Assembly: GCF_001457595.1 (NCBI RefSeq)
Contig: NZ_LN831039.1
Location: 60,001 to 92,000 of the forward strand
DNA from: Mycolicibacterium smegmatis
GTDB lineage: Bacteria > Actinomycetota > Actinomycetes > Mycobacteriales > Mycobacteriaceae
DNA length: 32,000 nt
Reading direction: 5' to 3'
The notes under the pieces were generated by a model, which saw nothing but the letters and a program-made list of their open reading frames with translations, was not told the origin of the DNA and ran no database searches. Positions within the stretch are counted from its first letter, which is position 1. Each line of letters opens with the position of its first letter. A program made the translations under genes and the position numbers. Of the stretch, positions 14,693 through 25,583 are shown in pieces.

Positions 14693-15083
14693 GACTAAAT
14701 CTCCTCCGGAAAACAGACGACGAGAAACTCAGACCGCCCTCAAGTATCAACTACAACACCAGCAGCGCGCATGGCCCATACACGGCGCGTCTGCAGCAAA
14801 CCATATTCGCCTCGCGTACCGCCGGGGTGGCAATGGCAATCCCGCGCAGCAGGCGGCGCCTGTCGCGCCCTCGGCATGCTGTCGACCCGCGGCCACGCGA
14901 TGTTGCCCCTCGCGCGGGTGCGTACGTATTCGGTCTGGGTCAGGAAAGTCTCTGACGTGCGCAAAAGAGGCGCAACCGGCTGCGACTCGTGCTCGGTCAA
15001 AGCGCTACTGCGAGGCCGAAATTGGTGCGCGGAAGGGGTCGTGACCGCTGGTAATCTCTGATCCGGCGGAGGGGATACCAGGC
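14693..15083. promoter_or_regulatory. 391-bp divergent intergenic region upstream of espE and of the ParA-like gene
   Basis: There is no convincing CDS; both small ORFs here have non-protein-like, Arg/Cys/Trp-rich compositions. It is flanked by two well-supported divergent starts with good RBSs. The first ~100 nt are lower in GC. It presumably holds the espE-operon promoter, but no sites can be called. Confidence 0.35.
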
Positions 15084-16661
15084 ATGGGAGTGCTCAGCGA
15101 TGTCGCCGATTTCGGCAAAGACGTCATCGACGATCGTGACAAGTGGGCGGACCGATTCAAGAAGGTCGGCCATTTCATCGAGCGCAATGCGAAAGGCGAT
15201 CGGCTCGAGCGCGTCGCGAAGTTCGGACGTGCATTGGGCGATTTCAGCGGTAAGTTCACCGACTTCTTCGAGTCGAACCTGGGCAAGCGAATGGTCAAGG
15301 CCGCACGCTCACCGATCCTCGCGGCAGGGCAGCACGTCATCACCGGCATGAAACTGACCACAGGCGTCGGGGATCCCGAGAACGGCAGGCGGTTCGGTGA
15401 GGGAGCCGACCACATGAGCGCAGCCGGACGCACCCTCGACAGCGCATACCCCACGAGCGACTGGGACAGCGCGGCGTCAAATGCCTACCTGTCACAGAAC
15501 AGCGGTCAGGTGACCCGTGCCGAGGCGCTGGTCCATGCCGATCAGGTGGTCGCAGCCGTGTTGTCCCGCGAGGCCGAGCAGATCGCCACCACACGCGAGG
15601 TGCTCGACAGCGAGGCCGACTGGCTGGGTGACATGAGCCTTGTGACGATGGCGACCGGGCTCATCCCGTACGTGGGCCGCGCCGCTCAGACCGCGGCCGA
15701 GATCGCGATGGTCACCAAGGCCGTCGGTGCGTCGACCGACCAGTTCATGATGATGCGCGACAAGGCAGACGAGAACGCCGCCGAGGTGCGCGACGCCATC
15801 GGGAAGTACGAGGCGGTGGCCGGTGATGCCGACGACACGACGGCCGACGACACGGCCGGCGACGCGCCCGAGTCCGAACCCACCGCGGCAGAAGACTCGA
15901 GCGAGACGTCGAAAGAAGACGGCCAATTGCGGCACGAGAACCCGGTCGCTGCGCCCAGCGGTGGTGGAGGCGGTGCCACCAGCGGCGGTGGTGGCGGCGC
16001 GCCCTCGTCGGCGTCCTCCGCAGGTCCGGCCGGCACGCCGCAGGTCCCGTCGCCGCCAGGGTTCGGTGCTGCGAATACGCCGACGGACGCGCAGCCGGGT
16101 GCGGCCGCCGCGAGCGACGCAGCAGGCATGCTCGGCTCGGTGATGGGCGCGATGCTGGGACCCCTCGGTGGAATTGTCGGCGGCGTCGTGCAGGCGGCGG
16201 GACAGGCGGTCCAGGCCGCGACGCAGGCCGGTGCACAAGCCGCGCAGCTCGCAGGCCAAGCGGCCGCGGCCCCAGATGTCGACCGCGCCGACACCGACGA
16301 AGACACCGACAAGGACCCAGACGTCAAAGGCGACAAAGACAGCGACAAACGCGACGGCGAGGGCAAAGAAGACGGCACCGCGCAGCGCGATCGGGAAAGT
16401 ACCGACGCAATGGCCGCTGACGACGACGATCGGAACGCTCACCCGCAAGCGGGTTCGGGCACTGATTCCGCTGGCGAAGACGACAAAAAGCCCGCGATGA
16501 CGTTGCCGCCGGATCTGCAGGCGGCGTCGGCGCTCGACACGGGCGCCGGGCCTGCGCCGGTGCACGTCGGTGCAGATTTCGAGCACAGCCAGCTACGCAC
16601 CGTGGCGGCGGCTACATTAGACCACGGTATTCCCGGGTCTGCGGCCGCGCGCGGTGCGTGA
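15084..16661 (+). CDS. espE: ESX-1 secretion-associated protein EspE (EspA/EspE family) with a long low-complexity C-terminal half
   Basis: RBS GGAGGGGA sits ~9 nt upstream. The N-terminal ~240 aa form a helical domain (…AYPTSDWDSAASNAYLSQNSGQVTRAEALVHADQVVAAVLSREAEQIATTREVLD…), consistent with the EspA/EspE family. It is the first gene of the espE-F-G-H block by synteny. Confidence 0.8.
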   Translation: MGVLSDVADFGKDVIDDRDKWADRFKKVGHFIERNAKGDRLERVAKFGRALGDFSGKFTDFFESNLGKRMVKAARSPILAAGQHVITGMKLTTGVGDPENGRRFGEGADHMSAAGRTLDSAYPTSDWDSAASNAYLSQNSGQVTRAEALVHADQVVAAVLSREAEQIATTREVLDSEADWLGDMSLVTMATGLIPYVGRAAQTAAEIAMVTKAVGASTDQFMMMRDKADENAAEVRDAIGKYEAVAGDADDTTADDTAGDAPESEPTAAEDSSETSKEDGQLRHENPVAAPSGGGGGATSGGGGGAPSSASSAGPAGTPQVPSPPGFGAANTPTDAQPGAAAASDAAGMLGSVMGAMLGPLGGIVGGVVQAAGQAVQAATQAGAQAAQLAGQAAAAPDVDRADTDEDTDKDPDVKGDKDSDKRDGEGKEDGTAQRDRESTDAMAADDDDRNAHPQAGSGTDSAGEDDKKPAMTLPPDLQAASALDTGAGPAPVHVGADFEHSQLRTVAAATLDHGIPGSAAARGA

Positions 16662-16696
16662 GGATCCAAGGGAATGTCGGGGAATCGAGGGGATTC

Positions 16697-17014
16697 ATGT
16701 CTGACGATCTGCGGGTGACCACCGCACATCTACGTGAGCTGTCGGCCAAACAGGGGAGGGCCGCAGCCGAGCTTGCGACGGCCACTGCCGTCGTCGACGG
16801 TGTCGACACCGCGCTGCGCTTCACGCACGGCCCCATCTCGTGGGGTACCGCGGCCGCCGTCGAGGCGGTCCAGCACGCGCGTCGCGCCGCGGGAACCGGC
16901 ATGGTCAAGGTCTCGCAGGAACTCGAAACCAAACTGGACACCGCCGCGGGCCGGTACCACCGCACCGACTCGACGATGGGCGATGCCCTCGACGAAACCA
17001 TCCAGCCGAGGTAG
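16697..17014 (+). CDS. espF: ESX-1 secretion-associated protein EspF (EspC/EspF, DUF2580-type T7SS substrate family)
   Basis: ATG 16697 gives a 105-aa protein, MSDDLRVTTAHLRELSAKQ...ALRFTHGPISWG...AAGRYHRTDSTMGD. It has the 'L.V....L' N-terminus, a THGP motif and a C-terminal YxxxD (YHRTD), as in EspC/EspF. Its position between espE and espG1 fits. Confidence 0.8.
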   Translation: MSDDLRVTTAHLRELSAKQGRAAAELATATAVVDGVDTALRFTHGPISWGTAAAVEAVQHARRAAGTGMVKVSQELETKLDTAAGRYHRTDSTMGDALDETIQPR

Positions 17015-17018
17015 ATCA

Positions 17019-17867
17019 ATGACTGCTCCGTTCACCGCCGACACCGGCGACGCCCACATCGACGACGTGGTCGGCGTCGAGGTCACCATCGACGGGATGC
17101 TGGTGATCGCCGACAAACTCGGTCTCACCGACTTCCCGCCGTCGATGGGCATCAGGCTCAACATCCCGCAACCCGACCTGCGCAAGGTCGTTTGGGAGCA
17201 GGTCGAGCGCGACCTTTCCGCGCAGGGTGTGCTCGATGTCTACGGCAACCCGCACCCCGAGGTGGCCGCCATGGTGGACACCCTCGCGCGTGCGGACCGC
17301 ACCCTCGAATGCCGGTGGTGGCGCCGTGACGCCGGTGGGAAGATGATCCGGTTCGTGGTCTGTCGTAAGGGGGGTCGGCATGTCGTCGCGGCTCGCGACA
17401 ACGATCTGCTCGTCCTGCAGCGGGTCGCGCCGCAGATCGGGTTGGCCGGCATGGTCATGACGGTTCTGGGTGAGGGGTCGCCCGCGAACGTCGAGCCGCT
17501 CACCGGCGTGGCCGATCGTCTGGCGCAGTGCCGCACCGCCGAAGAGCTGACCGGATACGGCATCCCGCCGACCTCGGCGCGGGCATACGCCTCGATCATC
17601 TCCGAACCCGACGGCTGGGTCGAGATCGTCGCCACCGAACGCCATCCGGGCGGCACCACGTCCCAAGTCGACGTCGCCGCGGGAGTGCTCGACGCCAAAC
17701 AGGGCCGCATCGTGTCGATTCCGCGCCGCGTCAACGGTGAGCTGTACGGCAGCTTCCTGTCCGGCACCAAGGACAACCTCGAGCGCGCCCTCGAAGGGCT
17801 CGTCGAGTTCCTGCCGTCGAAAACCTGGTTCGACAAGACCGACGCGGACAACGCCTACCAGCACTGA
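17019..17867 (+). CDS. espG1: ESX-1 PE/PPE-specific chaperone EspG1
   Basis: 282 aa from ATG 17019, compared with ~283 aa for M. tuberculosis EspG1 as I recall. The sequence VEVTIDGMLVIADKLGLTDFPPSMGIRLNIPQPDLRKVVWEQVERDLSAQGVLD is characteristic of the EspG family. Synteny supports the call. Confidence 0.9.
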   Translation: MTAPFTADTGDAHIDDVVGVEVTIDGMLVIADKLGLTDFPPSMGIRLNIPQPDLRKVVWEQVERDLSAQGVLDVYGNPHPEVAAMVDTLARADRTLECRWWRRDAGGKMIRFVVCRKGGRHVVAARDNDLLVLQRVAPQIGLAGMVMTVLGEGSPANVEPLTGVADRLAQCRTAEELTGYGIPPTSARAYASIISEPDGWVEIVATERHPGGTTSQVDVAAGVLDAKQGRIVSIPRRVNGELYGSFLSGTKDNLERALEGLVEFLPSKTWFDKTDADNAYQH

Positions 17868-17881
17868 GAGAGGTTGCGACG

Positions 17882-18409
17882 GTGGGTGATGGTTCCCCAT
17901 ACGATCCGGAGTACGACGACGATCACGACAGTCTCGCCGCTCTGGATTTCCCCGGCACCGACGATGAACCGGAATCGTCGTTGGACGTCTTCGACGTGTT
18001 CGACGTCGGTGCGCCCGCCGACGAACCGTGGGACGCCGCCAGATCCGCCGACGGGGACGGCGAGGACGAGACGCCGGCTCCGGTGTTCACGGTCACCAAT
18101 CCGCCGGGCACCGTCACGGTCGCGGCGTATCTCGACGGCCGCGTGCACCAGATTGCCCTGTCTCCCAAGGTCGTCAACATGACCGAGCGCGAACTCGCCG
18201 ACGAGATCCGCGTCATCGCGGACCTCGCGGGAGAGCAGGCGAGGTCCGCGCAGTACTCGTTCATGCTCGAAGGGATGCGCGAGCACGGGCACGACGATGC
18301 CGCCACTCGCGACTTCCTGACCCGCGACCTGAACCTGCCGACACCAGAACAGGCCGATGCCAATCAGGCACAGGTCTTCTCGACTCGTTATGGAGGTGAC
18401 CATGGTTAA
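17882..18409 (+). CDS. espH: ESX-1 secretion-associated protein EspH
   Basis: GTG 17882, 175 aa. An acidic N-terminus is followed by VTVAAYLDGRVHQIALSPKVVNMTERELADEIRVIADLAGEQARS, a YbaB-like fold signature shared by EspH/EspD/EspL. It lies between espG1 and eccA1. Confidence 0.8.
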   Translation: MGDGSPYDPEYDDDHDSLAALDFPGTDDEPESSLDVFDVFDVGAPADEPWDAARSADGDGEDETPAPVFTVTNPPGTVTVAAYLDGRVHQIALSPKVVNMTERELADEIRVIADLAGEQARSAQYSFMLEGMREHGHDDAATRDFLTRDLNLPTPEQADANQAQVFSTRYGGDHG

Positions 18410-20126
18410 CCACCTCGCCGGAATGTTCGGCAGTGCGGTTGGCATGATGTCCAATTCCCGTGCCCGCGCGCTGGAGATCTTCACAGAGATCACGAACTAC
18501 GACGAGTCGGCCTGTGACGCCTGGGTGGGCCGGATCGGTTGCGGCGACACCGACCGTGTGACGCTGTTCCGCGCCTGGTACTCCCGGTCGAACTTCGGCC
18601 AACTGGCCGGTGCAGCCGAGATCTCGATGAACGGCGTCGGCGCCCGGATCCCGATCGGTGGTATCTACAGCCGCGACATCACCTATCCGATCAACTCACC
18701 GCTGGCCATCACGATGGGCTTCGCCGTGCACGAGGCCTCCGAGGGCAACTACACCGACGCCATGGAGGCCCTCGAGGATGCGCCTGCGGCGGGTTCCGAG
18801 CACCTGGTGTCGTGGGTAAGGGCCGTGATCTACGGTGCGGGGCAACGCTGGACCGAGGTCATCGACCAGGTGCGCGGCGCCGAGCGCTGGCCCGACAAGT
18901 TCCTCGCCGCGGCCGCAGGCGTGGCCCACGGTGTGGCCGCGGCCAATCTGGGTCTGTTCACCGAGGCCGACCGTCGTCTCACCGAGGCCAACGACACGCC
19001 CGTGGCGCAGGCTTGCGCACCGGTCATCGCCTGGTATCTCGCGATGGCGCGGCGCAGCCAGGGCAACGAGGAATCGGCCCAGGTGCTGCTGGAATGGCTG
19101 CAGGCCAATTTTCCCGAACCCAAAGTCACTGCGGCGCTTCGTGATCCGGCATACCGGCTGGAGACCACCACGGCCGAGAAGATCGCGGCCCGCAGCGACC
19201 CGTGGGATCCGTCGAGCGTCGTGGCCGACACGTCGGCGCGCGACAAACTGCTCGTCGAGGCGCAGGCCGAACTGGACCGCCAGATCGGTCTCGGCCGGGT
19301 CAAGGAGCAGATCGAGGCGTACCGCGCGGCCACGCAGATGGCGCGGATCCGTGCCGCGCGCGGCATGAAGGTCGCCCAGACGTCCAAGCACATGATCTTC
19401 GCGGGTCCGCCCGGTACCGGTAAGACGACCATCGCGCGCGTGGTGGCGAACATCCTCGCGGGTCTGGGTGTGATCGCCGAACCCAAGCTGATCGAGACGT
19501 CGCGCAAGGACTTCGTCGCCGAATACGAGGGGCAGTCGGCGGTCAAGACGTCCAAGACCATCGACCGCGCGCTCGGTGGCGTGTTGTTCATCGACGAGGC
19601 CTACACGCTGGTGCAGGAGCGCAACGGCCAGACCGACCCGTTCGGCGCCGAGGCGCTCGACACGCTGCTGGCCCGCATGGAGAACGACCGCGACCGCCTC
19701 GTGGTGATCATCGCCGGGTACAGCAACGACATCGACCGCCTGCTCGAGGTCAACGACGGCCTGCGATCGCGCTTCGCGACGCGGATCGAGTTCGATTCGT
19801 ACTCACCGGATGAGATCGTCGAGATCTCGAAGGTGATTGCCACGGCGAATGATTCGCGACTCGACGACACCGCGGCCAAGCGTGTGCTGGAGGCTGCGAC
19901 GACGCTGAGCCAGCGCTCGCTCAACGGCAAGCCGGCCCTGGACATCGCGGGCAACGGCCGCTACGCGCGTCAGCTGGTGGAGGCCGGTGAGCAGAACCGC
20001 GACATGCGGCTGGCCCGGTCGCTCGATTTCGACAGCCTCGGCGTCGACCAGCTCAGCGAGATCAACGGTGACGACATGGCGGCGGCGATCGCCTCGGTGC
20101 ACAGTCGTCTGAACATAGGCGAGTAG
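18402..20126 (+). CDS. eccA1: ESX-1 AAA+ (CbbX-like) ATPase EccA1
   Basis: ATG 18402 with RBS GGAGGTGA, overlapping the espH stop by 8 nt. The 574-aa protein is near-identical in long stretches to remembered M. tuberculosis EccA1 ([34 protein letters not shown]; Walker [24 protein letters not shown]; Walker B VLFIDEAY; LVVIIAGY). Confidence 0.95.
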   Translation: MVNHLAGMFGSAVGMMSNSRARALEIFTEITNYDESACDAWVGRIGCGDTDRVTLFRAWYSRSNFGQLAGAAEISMNGVGARIPIGGIYSRDITYPINSPLAITMGFAVHEASEGNYTDAMEALEDAPAAGSEHLVSWVRAVIYGAGQRWTEVIDQVRGAERWPDKFLAAAAGVAHGVAAANLGLFTEADRRLTEANDTPVAQACAPVIAWYLAMARRSQGNEESAQVLLEWLQANFPEPKVTAALRDPAYRLETTTAEKIAARSDPWDPSSVVADTSARDKLLVEAQAELDRQIGLGRVKEQIEAYRAATQMARIRAARGMKVAQTSKHMIFAGPPGTGKTTIARVVANILAGLGVIAEPKLIETSRKDFVAEYEGQSAVKTSKTIDRALGGVLFIDEAYTLVQERNGQTDPFGAEALDTLLARMENDRDRLVVIIAGYSNDIDRLLEVNDGLRSRFATRIEFDSYSPDEIVEISKVIATANDSRLDDTAAKRVLEAATTLSQRSLNGKPALDIAGNGRYARQLVEAGEQNRDMRLARSLDFDSLGVDQLSEINGDDMAAAIASVHSRLNIGE

Positions 20127-20133
20127 GCAGACG

Positions 20134-21573
20134 ATGGCAGGTTTCCGGCTCACCACCAAGGTCCAGGTCAGCGGCTGGCGTTTTCTGCTGCGCCGCGTCG
20201 AGCATGCGATCGTCCGCCGCGACACCCGGATGTTCGACGACCCGTTGCAGTTCTACAGCCGCGCGGTCTTCGCCGGGGTGGTCGTATCCGTGTTGATCTG
20301 CCTCGGCGCGGCCCTGATGGCCTACTTCAAGCCGCTCGGCAAGCAGGGCAGTGACCAGCTGCTGGTGGACCGCACCACCAACCAGCTGTACGTGATGCTG
20401 CCGGGCAGCAACCAGCTGCGCCCCGTGTACAACCTCACCTCGGCGCGGCTGGTGCTGGGCAACGCGTCGAATCCTGTCGCGGTGAAATCCGAAGAGCTGA
20501 ACCGGATTTCTAAGGGGCAGTCGATCGGTATCCCGGGTGCGCCGTATGCGACACCCACCGGAACGCCCGCTTCGCAGTGGACGCTGTGCGACACGGTCGC
20601 CAAACCCGACAGTTCGGCGCCGAAGGTCGAGACGTCGATCCTGATCCGCACGCTGGCCATCGATTCCGGTGTCGGGCCGATACGCGCCGACCAGGGCATG
20701 CTGGTGTCGTACGAGGGTGCCAACTGGCTGATCACCGAGGGCGGGCGGCACTCGATCGATCTCGCCGACCGTGCCGTCACCTCGGCCGTGGGCATCCCGG
20801 TGACGGCCAAGCCGACGCCAATCTCGCAGGGGCTGTTCAACGCACTGCCCAACCGGGGTCCGTGGCAGCTGCCGCAGATCCCCGCCGCAGGCGCACCCAA
20901 CAGCGTCGGTCTACCGGAGAACCTCGTGATCGGTTCGGTGTTCCGCACGGCCACCGAATCCGATCCGCAGCACTACGTGGTGCTGCCCGACGGCGTCGCG
21001 CGCGTCAACAACACGACCGCGGCCGCGCTGCGAGCGACCAACTCCTACGGGCTCATGCAACCACCCGCCGTGGAGGCCAGCGTGGTCGCGAAAATCCCTG
21101 AGCAGGTTTACGTCTCGCCGCTTCCGGACCAGCCGCTGGATGTGCTGCTGCGTCAGGACTCGCCCGTGCTGTGCTGGTCCTGGCAGCGCGAGCCCGGCGA
21201 CCAGGCGCCCAAGACCACGGTCATCGCGGGCCGCAGGCTGCCGCTGCCGGCCAGTGCGATCGGCACGGGGATCGACCAGATCGGCGGCGACTCAACGGTG
21301 TACATCGAAGGCGGGCAGTTCGTGCGGTTGCAGTCACCGGATCCGCGCGTCGGCGAGAGCATGTACTACATCGACCCGCAGGGCGTGCGGTACGGCATCG
21401 CCAACGACGACGCCGCCAAGAACCTGGGCCTGGCCGGACCGGTGAATGCGCCATGGCAGGTGGTCGGACTGCTCGTGGACGGCCCGGTGCTGTCGAAGGA
21501 GGCGGCGTTGATCGAACACGACACCTTGCCTGCGGATCCCAATCCACGCAAAGTGGCGAGCGGGGAGGGCTGA
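20134..21573 (+). CDS. eccB1: ESX-1 membrane component EccB1
   Basis: 479 aa. The N-terminus [40 protein letters not shown] plus a TM helix matches EccB1 almost exactly. Confidence 0.95.
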   Translation: MAGFRLTTKVQVSGWRFLLRRVEHAIVRRDTRMFDDPLQFYSRAVFAGVVVSVLICLGAALMAYFKPLGKQGSDQLLVDRTTNQLYVMLPGSNQLRPVYNLTSARLVLGNASNPVAVKSEELNRISKGQSIGIPGAPYATPTGTPASQWTLCDTVAKPDSSAPKVETSILIRTLAIDSGVGPIRADQGMLVSYEGANWLITEGGRHSIDLADRAVTSAVGIPVTAKPTPISQGLFNALPNRGPWQLPQIPAAGAPNSVGLPENLVIGSVFRTATESDPQHYVVLPDGVARVNNTTAAALRATNSYGLMQPPAVEASVVAKIPEQVYVSPLPDQPLDVLLRQDSPVLCWSWQREPGDQAPKTTVIAGRRLPLPASAIGTGIDQIGGDSTVYIEGGQFVRLQSPDPRVGESMYYIDPQGVRYGIANDDAAKNLGLAGPVNAPWQVVGLLVDGPVLSKEAALIEHDTLPADPNPRKVASGEG

Positions 21574-23801
21574 TGACCACCAAGAAGTTCACGCCGACCA
21601 TCAAGCGTGGTCCGCGCCTGACGCCCGGTGAGATCAACGTCGCACCGCCAGACGACCTGGGTATCGACATCCCGCCGTCGGGCATGCAGAAGGCGTTGCC
21701 GTGGGTGATGGGTGGCTGCATGCTCGGCATGATCGCGATCATGGTGTTCACCGGCGTGCGCCAGCTGTCGCCGTACATGCTGATGATGCCGCTCATGATG
21801 ATCATGGGCACGGTCGGCTTCATGGCGGGCGGCGGATCGGGCGGCAAGAAGGTGCCCGAGATCAACGCCGACCGCAAGGAATACCTGCGTTACCTCGCCG
21901 GTCTGCGCACCCGCGTGACGTCGTCGGCGTCGGCGCAGGTGGCGTTCTTCGCCTACCACGCACCGCATCCCGACGACCTGCTGTCGATCATCGGCACGCA
22001 CCGGCAGTGGGCACGGCAGGCCAACTCGGAGTTCTTCGCCGCGACGCGCATCGGCATCGGCGCCGAGATCGCCGTCGACCGCCTGCTCAAACCGAACACC
22101 AGCGGTGAACTCGCCGGTGGGCAGGCCGCACCCGCGCCGCACCTCGAGCCGGTGAGCCACATGTGGGTGACCAAGTTCCTGCGCACCCACGGCCTGATCC
22201 ACGACTGCCCCAAACTCGTTCAGCTGCGGACCTTCCCGACCGTCGCCGTGGGCGGTGACCCCGAGGCCGCCGAGGGGCTGCTCACCTCGATGATCTGCCA
22301 TCTGGCGGTGTTCCATCCGCCGGACCTGGTGCAGATCCGCGTGCTCACCGACAACCCCGAGGACCCCAAGTGGTCGTGGCTGAAGTGGTTGCCGCACACC
22401 CAGCATCAGACCGACACCGACGCTGCGGGTCCGACGCGCCTGGTGTACACCCGGCCCGACGGGTTGAGCGATCTCACCGCGCGCGGCCCGCACACCGCTG
22501 ACGCGGCACCGGGCGGGCCGTACGTCGTCGTCGTCGATCTCACCGGCGGCAAGGCGGGATTCCCGCCGGACGGCCGCGCGGGCGTCACGGTGATCACCCT
22601 CGGCGCACAGCGTCAGGCGGCCTACAAGCTCAAGGTCGAGAAGGACGGCAAGGCCGAGGACCGTCTGCCGAACCAGCCCTGGCGTGAGGTCACCCGGGTG
22701 GCCGACCGGATGACGCCCGGCCAGGCCGGCCGCATCGCGCGCAAGCTCGCGGGATGGTCGATCACCGGCACGATCATCGACAAGAACGTGCGGGTGCAGA
22801 AGAAGGTGTCCAACGAGTGGCATCACCTCGTCGGCGCGCAGTCGGTCGAGGAGGTCACGCCGGCCCGCTGGCGGATGTACGCCGACACCGACCGGGACCG
22901 CCTCAAGATCCCGTTCGGCCACGAACTCAAGACCGGCGAGATCATGTATCTCGACATCAAGGAAGGCGCCGAGTTCGGTGCGGGCCCGCACGGCATGCTG
23001 ATCGGCACCACGGGTTCGGGTAAATCCGAGTTCCTGCGGACCCTGATCCTGTCGCTGGTCGCGACGCACCACCCCGACCAGATCAATCTGCTGCTCACCG
23101 ACTTCAAGGGCGGCTCGACGTTCCTCGGCATGGAGAAGCTGCCGCACACCGCGGCCGTGGTCACCAACATGGAAGAGGAAGCCGAACTGGTCAGCCGCAT
23201 GGGTGAGGTGCTCACCGGTGAGCTCGACCGCAGGCAGTCGATCCTGCGCCAGGCCGGTATGCAGGTGGGTGCCGCCGGTGCGCTCTCGGGTGTCGCCGAG
23301 TACGAGAAGCACCGCGAACGCGGTGCCGATCTGCCGCCGTTGCCGACGCTTTTCGTCGTGGTCGACGAGTTCGCCGAGCTGCTGCAGAACCACCCGGACT
23401 TCATCAACCTTTTCGACCGCATCTGCCGTGTGGGCCGCTCGCTGCGCGTGCACCTGCTGCTCGCGACGCAGTCACTGAACACCGGTGGTGTGCGCATCGA
23501 CAAGCTCGAGCCCAACCTGACGTACCGGATCGCGTTGCGCACCACCAGCTCTGCCGAGTCCAAGGCCGTGATCGGTACGCCGGAGGCGCAGTACATCACC
23601 AACAAGGAGAGCGGTGTCGGCTTCCTGCGGGTCGGCATGGAGGACCCGGTGAAGTTCCGGTCCGTCTACACCGGCAACAACTACGTTCCGGCAGCACCGG
23701 AGTCGTCCGACCGCGAGGCGAAACCCAAGGCGCAGCGGCAATCCCAGGTGCGCATTCACCAGTTCACCACCACGCCCATCTTCGATACGGCGGTGTCGTA
23801 A
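21573..23801 (+). CDS. eccCa1: ESX-1 FtsK/SpoIIIE-type ATPase EccCa1 (membrane anchor plus ATPase domain 1)
   Basis: ATG 21573 lies in a TGATG overlap with the eccB1 stop. The protein is 742 aa. The N-terminus is [23 protein letters not shown], followed by two TM helices. Walker A is GTTGSGKSEFLRT and Walker B is LFVVVDEF. The track ORF extends upstream to 21171 but overlaps eccB1 out of frame. Confidence 0.95.
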   Translation: MTTKKFTPTIKRGPRLTPGEINVAPPDDLGIDIPPSGMQKALPWVMGGCMLGMIAIMVFTGVRQLSPYMLMMPLMMIMGTVGFMAGGGSGGKKVPEINADRKEYLRYLAGLRTRVTSSASAQVAFFAYHAPHPDDLLSIIGTHRQWARQANSEFFAATRIGIGAEIAVDRLLKPNTSGELAGGQAAPAPHLEPVSHMWVTKFLRTHGLIHDCPKLVQLRTFPTVAVGGDPEAAEGLLTSMICHLAVFHPPDLVQIRVLTDNPEDPKWSWLKWLPHTQHQTDTDAAGPTRLVYTRPDGLSDLTARGPHTADAAPGGPYVVVVDLTGGKAGFPPDGRAGVTVITLGAQRQAAYKLKVEKDGKAEDRLPNQPWREVTRVADRMTPGQAGRIARKLAGWSITGTIIDKNVRVQKKVSNEWHHLVGAQSVEEVTPARWRMYADTDRDRLKIPFGHELKTGEIMYLDIKEGAEFGAGPHGMLIGTTGSGKSEFLRTLILSLVATHHPDQINLLLTDFKGGSTFLGMEKLPHTAAVVTNMEEEAELVSRMGEVLTGELDRRQSILRQAGMQVGAAGALSGVAEYEKHRERGADLPPLPTLFVVVDEFAELLQNHPDFINLFDRICRVGRSLRVHLLLATQSLNTGGVRIDKLEPNLTYRIALRTTSSAESKAVIGTPEAQYITNKESGVGFLRVGMEDPVKFRSVYTGNNYVPAAPESSDREAKPKAQRQSQVRIHQFTTTPIFDTAVS

Positions 23802-25583
23802 ATGTCCACAGAAGCTGAACCCCGGGTTCTGCGTGAGGTGGTCCTGTCGCAGCTGGCCACCGGCGAGAGCCGCGCGTACAAGATGTGGCTGCCTCCGCTC
23901 ACCGACCCCACCCCGGTCAACGAACTCGTCGAGCGCGACTATCAGCGTCGCCCACTGCGATTCGGGCTCGGGATCATGGACGAGCCGCGCCGCCACCGCC
24001 AGGAGGTCTGGGGCGTCGACGTGTCCGCGGCGGGCGGCAACATCGCCGTCGGCGGTGCACCGCAGACCGGTAAGTCGACGTTCCTGCAGACGCTCGTGGT
24101 GTCGGCCGCGGCCACCCACACACCGCGGCAGGTGCAGTTCTACTGCGTCGACCTCGGTGGCGGCGGTCTGATGTACCTCGAGGACTTGCCGCACGTCGGC
24201 GGCGTCGCCACCCGTGCCGAACCGGACCGCGTCAACCGCGTCGTGGCCGAGGTGAAGGCCGTCCTGCGTGCTCGCGAGCAGGTGTTCAAGCAGTACCGCG
24301 TCGGCTCGATCGCGTCGTACCGCGAGATGCGCGACGATCCGAACAACCCGGCATCGCAAGACCCGTTCGGCGACGTGTTCCTGGTGATCGACGGCTGGCC
24401 GGCGTTCGTCGCCGAGTTCCCGGACCTCGAGCCGGCCGTGCAGGACATCGCGGGTCAGGGTCTGGCGTACGGCGTCCACGTGATCATCACGACGCCGCGG
24501 TGGACCGAGCTGAAATCGCGTGTGCGCGACTATCTGGGCACCAAAATCGAATTCCGTCTCGGCGACGTCAACGAAACTCAGATCGACCGCATCACGCGCG
24601 AAATTCCGGCCAACCGGCCCGGGCGTGCGGTGTCACTCGAAAAACATCATTTGATGATGGGGGTGCCACGACTCGACGGCGTGCACAGCGCAGACAACAT
24701 CGTCGAGGCAATTTCGAGCGCCGTCCAGCAAATCGCCGACAGGCACACAGATCAGGCGCCGCAGGTGCGTGTGCTGCCCGAACGCATATACCTGCACCAG
24801 CTCGATCCGAACCCGCCCGGGCCCGATTCGGACTACCGGACCAGGTGGCAGGTGCCGCTCGGCGTGCGCGAATCGGACCTCACGGTGGCCTACAACCAGA
24901 TGCACCTCACGCCGCATCTGCTGATCTTCGGCGCGCCCAAGTCGGGCAAGACCCGCATCGCGCACGCCGTCGCGCAGGCCATCTGCAAGCGCAACAGCCC
25001 GCAGCAGGTGCGGTTCATGCTGGCCGACTACCGGTCCGGTCTGCTCGACGCGGTGCCGCAGAGCCACCTGCTCGACGCGGGCGCGATCAACCGCAACAGC
25101 GCGACGCTGGAAGAGGCCATCAAGGCCCTGGCCGTCAACCTCAAGAAGCGGCTGCCGCCGCCGGATCTGACCACCGCACAGCTGCGGGCCAGGTCATGGT
25201 GGTCCGGGCCGGACGTCGTGCTGCTGGTCGACGACTGGCACATGGTGACCGCCGCGGCAGGCATGGTGTCGCCCATGGCGCCGCTGGGACCGCTGCTGCC
25301 CGCGGCGGCCGACATCGGCCTGCACGTCATCGTCACGTGCCAGATGTCCATGGCCCACCGCGCGACCATGGACAAGTTCGTGGGTGCCGCCTACGGCGCA
25401 GGATCACCCACGTTGTTCCTGTCCGGCGAGAAGAACGACTTCCCGTCGCGGGACATCATCGTCAAGAAAAGGCCCCCTGGCCAGGCATTCCTTGTCGGTC
25501 CGGACGGAAAAGAGGTCATCCAGGCGGCCTACGTGGACCCACCCGAAGAAGAAGTGTTCTCACCACCTTCAGAGGGCAGTTAG
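23802..25583 (+). CDS. eccCb1: ESX-1 FtsK/SpoIIIE-type ATPase EccCb1 (ATPase domains 2 and 3)
   Basis: The ATG immediately follows the eccCa1 TAA. The protein is 593 aa, with two P-loops: [14 protein letters not shown] and [14 protein letters not shown]. This split EccC arrangement is typical of ESX-1. Confidence 0.95.
   Translation: MSTEAEPRVLREVVLSQLATGESRAYKMWLPPLTDPTPVNELVERDYQRRPLRFGLGIMDEPRRHRQEVWGVDVSAAGGNIAVGGAPQTGKSTFLQTLVVSAAATHTPRQVQFYCVDLGGGGLMYLEDLPHVGGVATRAEPDRVNRVVAEVKAVLRAREQVFKQYRVGSIASYREMRDDPNNPASQDPFGDVFLVIDGWPAFVAEFPDLEPAVQDIAGQGLAYGVHVIITTPRWTELKSRVRDYLGTKIEFRLGDVNETQIDRITREIPANRPGRAVSLEKHHLMMGVPRLDGVHSADNIVEAISSAVQQIADRHTDQAPQVRVLPERIYLHQLDPNPPGPDSDYRTRWQVPLGVRESDLTVAYNQMHLTPHLLIFGAPKSGKTRIAHAVAQAICKRNSPQQVRFMLADYRSGLLDAVPQSHLLDAGAINRNSATLEEAIKALAVNLKKRLPPPDLTTAQLRARSWWSGPDVVLLVDDWHMVTAAAGMVSPMAPLGPLLPAAADIGLHVIVTCQMSMAHRATMDKFVGAAYGAGSPTLFLSGEKNDFPSRDIIVKKRPPGQAFLVGPDGKEVIQAAYVDPPEEEVFSPPSEGS

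Noticed and set aside
14740-15061. Small ORFs (86 aa minus strand, 96 aa plus strand) in the espE upstream region
   Set aside because: There is no RBS, and the compositions are unusual (Arg/Cys/Trp-rich). The two overlap each other, and I recognise no motifs. I treated the region as regulatory, though a small protein or sRNA cannot be excluded without expression data.
15492-16586. 364-aa and 230-aa minus-strand ORFs inside espE
   Set aside because: They are generated by the low-complexity GC-rich C-terminal half of espE. The translations are Arg/Gly or Ser/Ala/Pro runs with no recognisable domains.
21366-23453. 695-aa minus-strand ORF
   Set aside because: It is antisense to eccCa1, whose identity is unambiguous from its P-loop and its homology to EccC. 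It is a shadow ORF.
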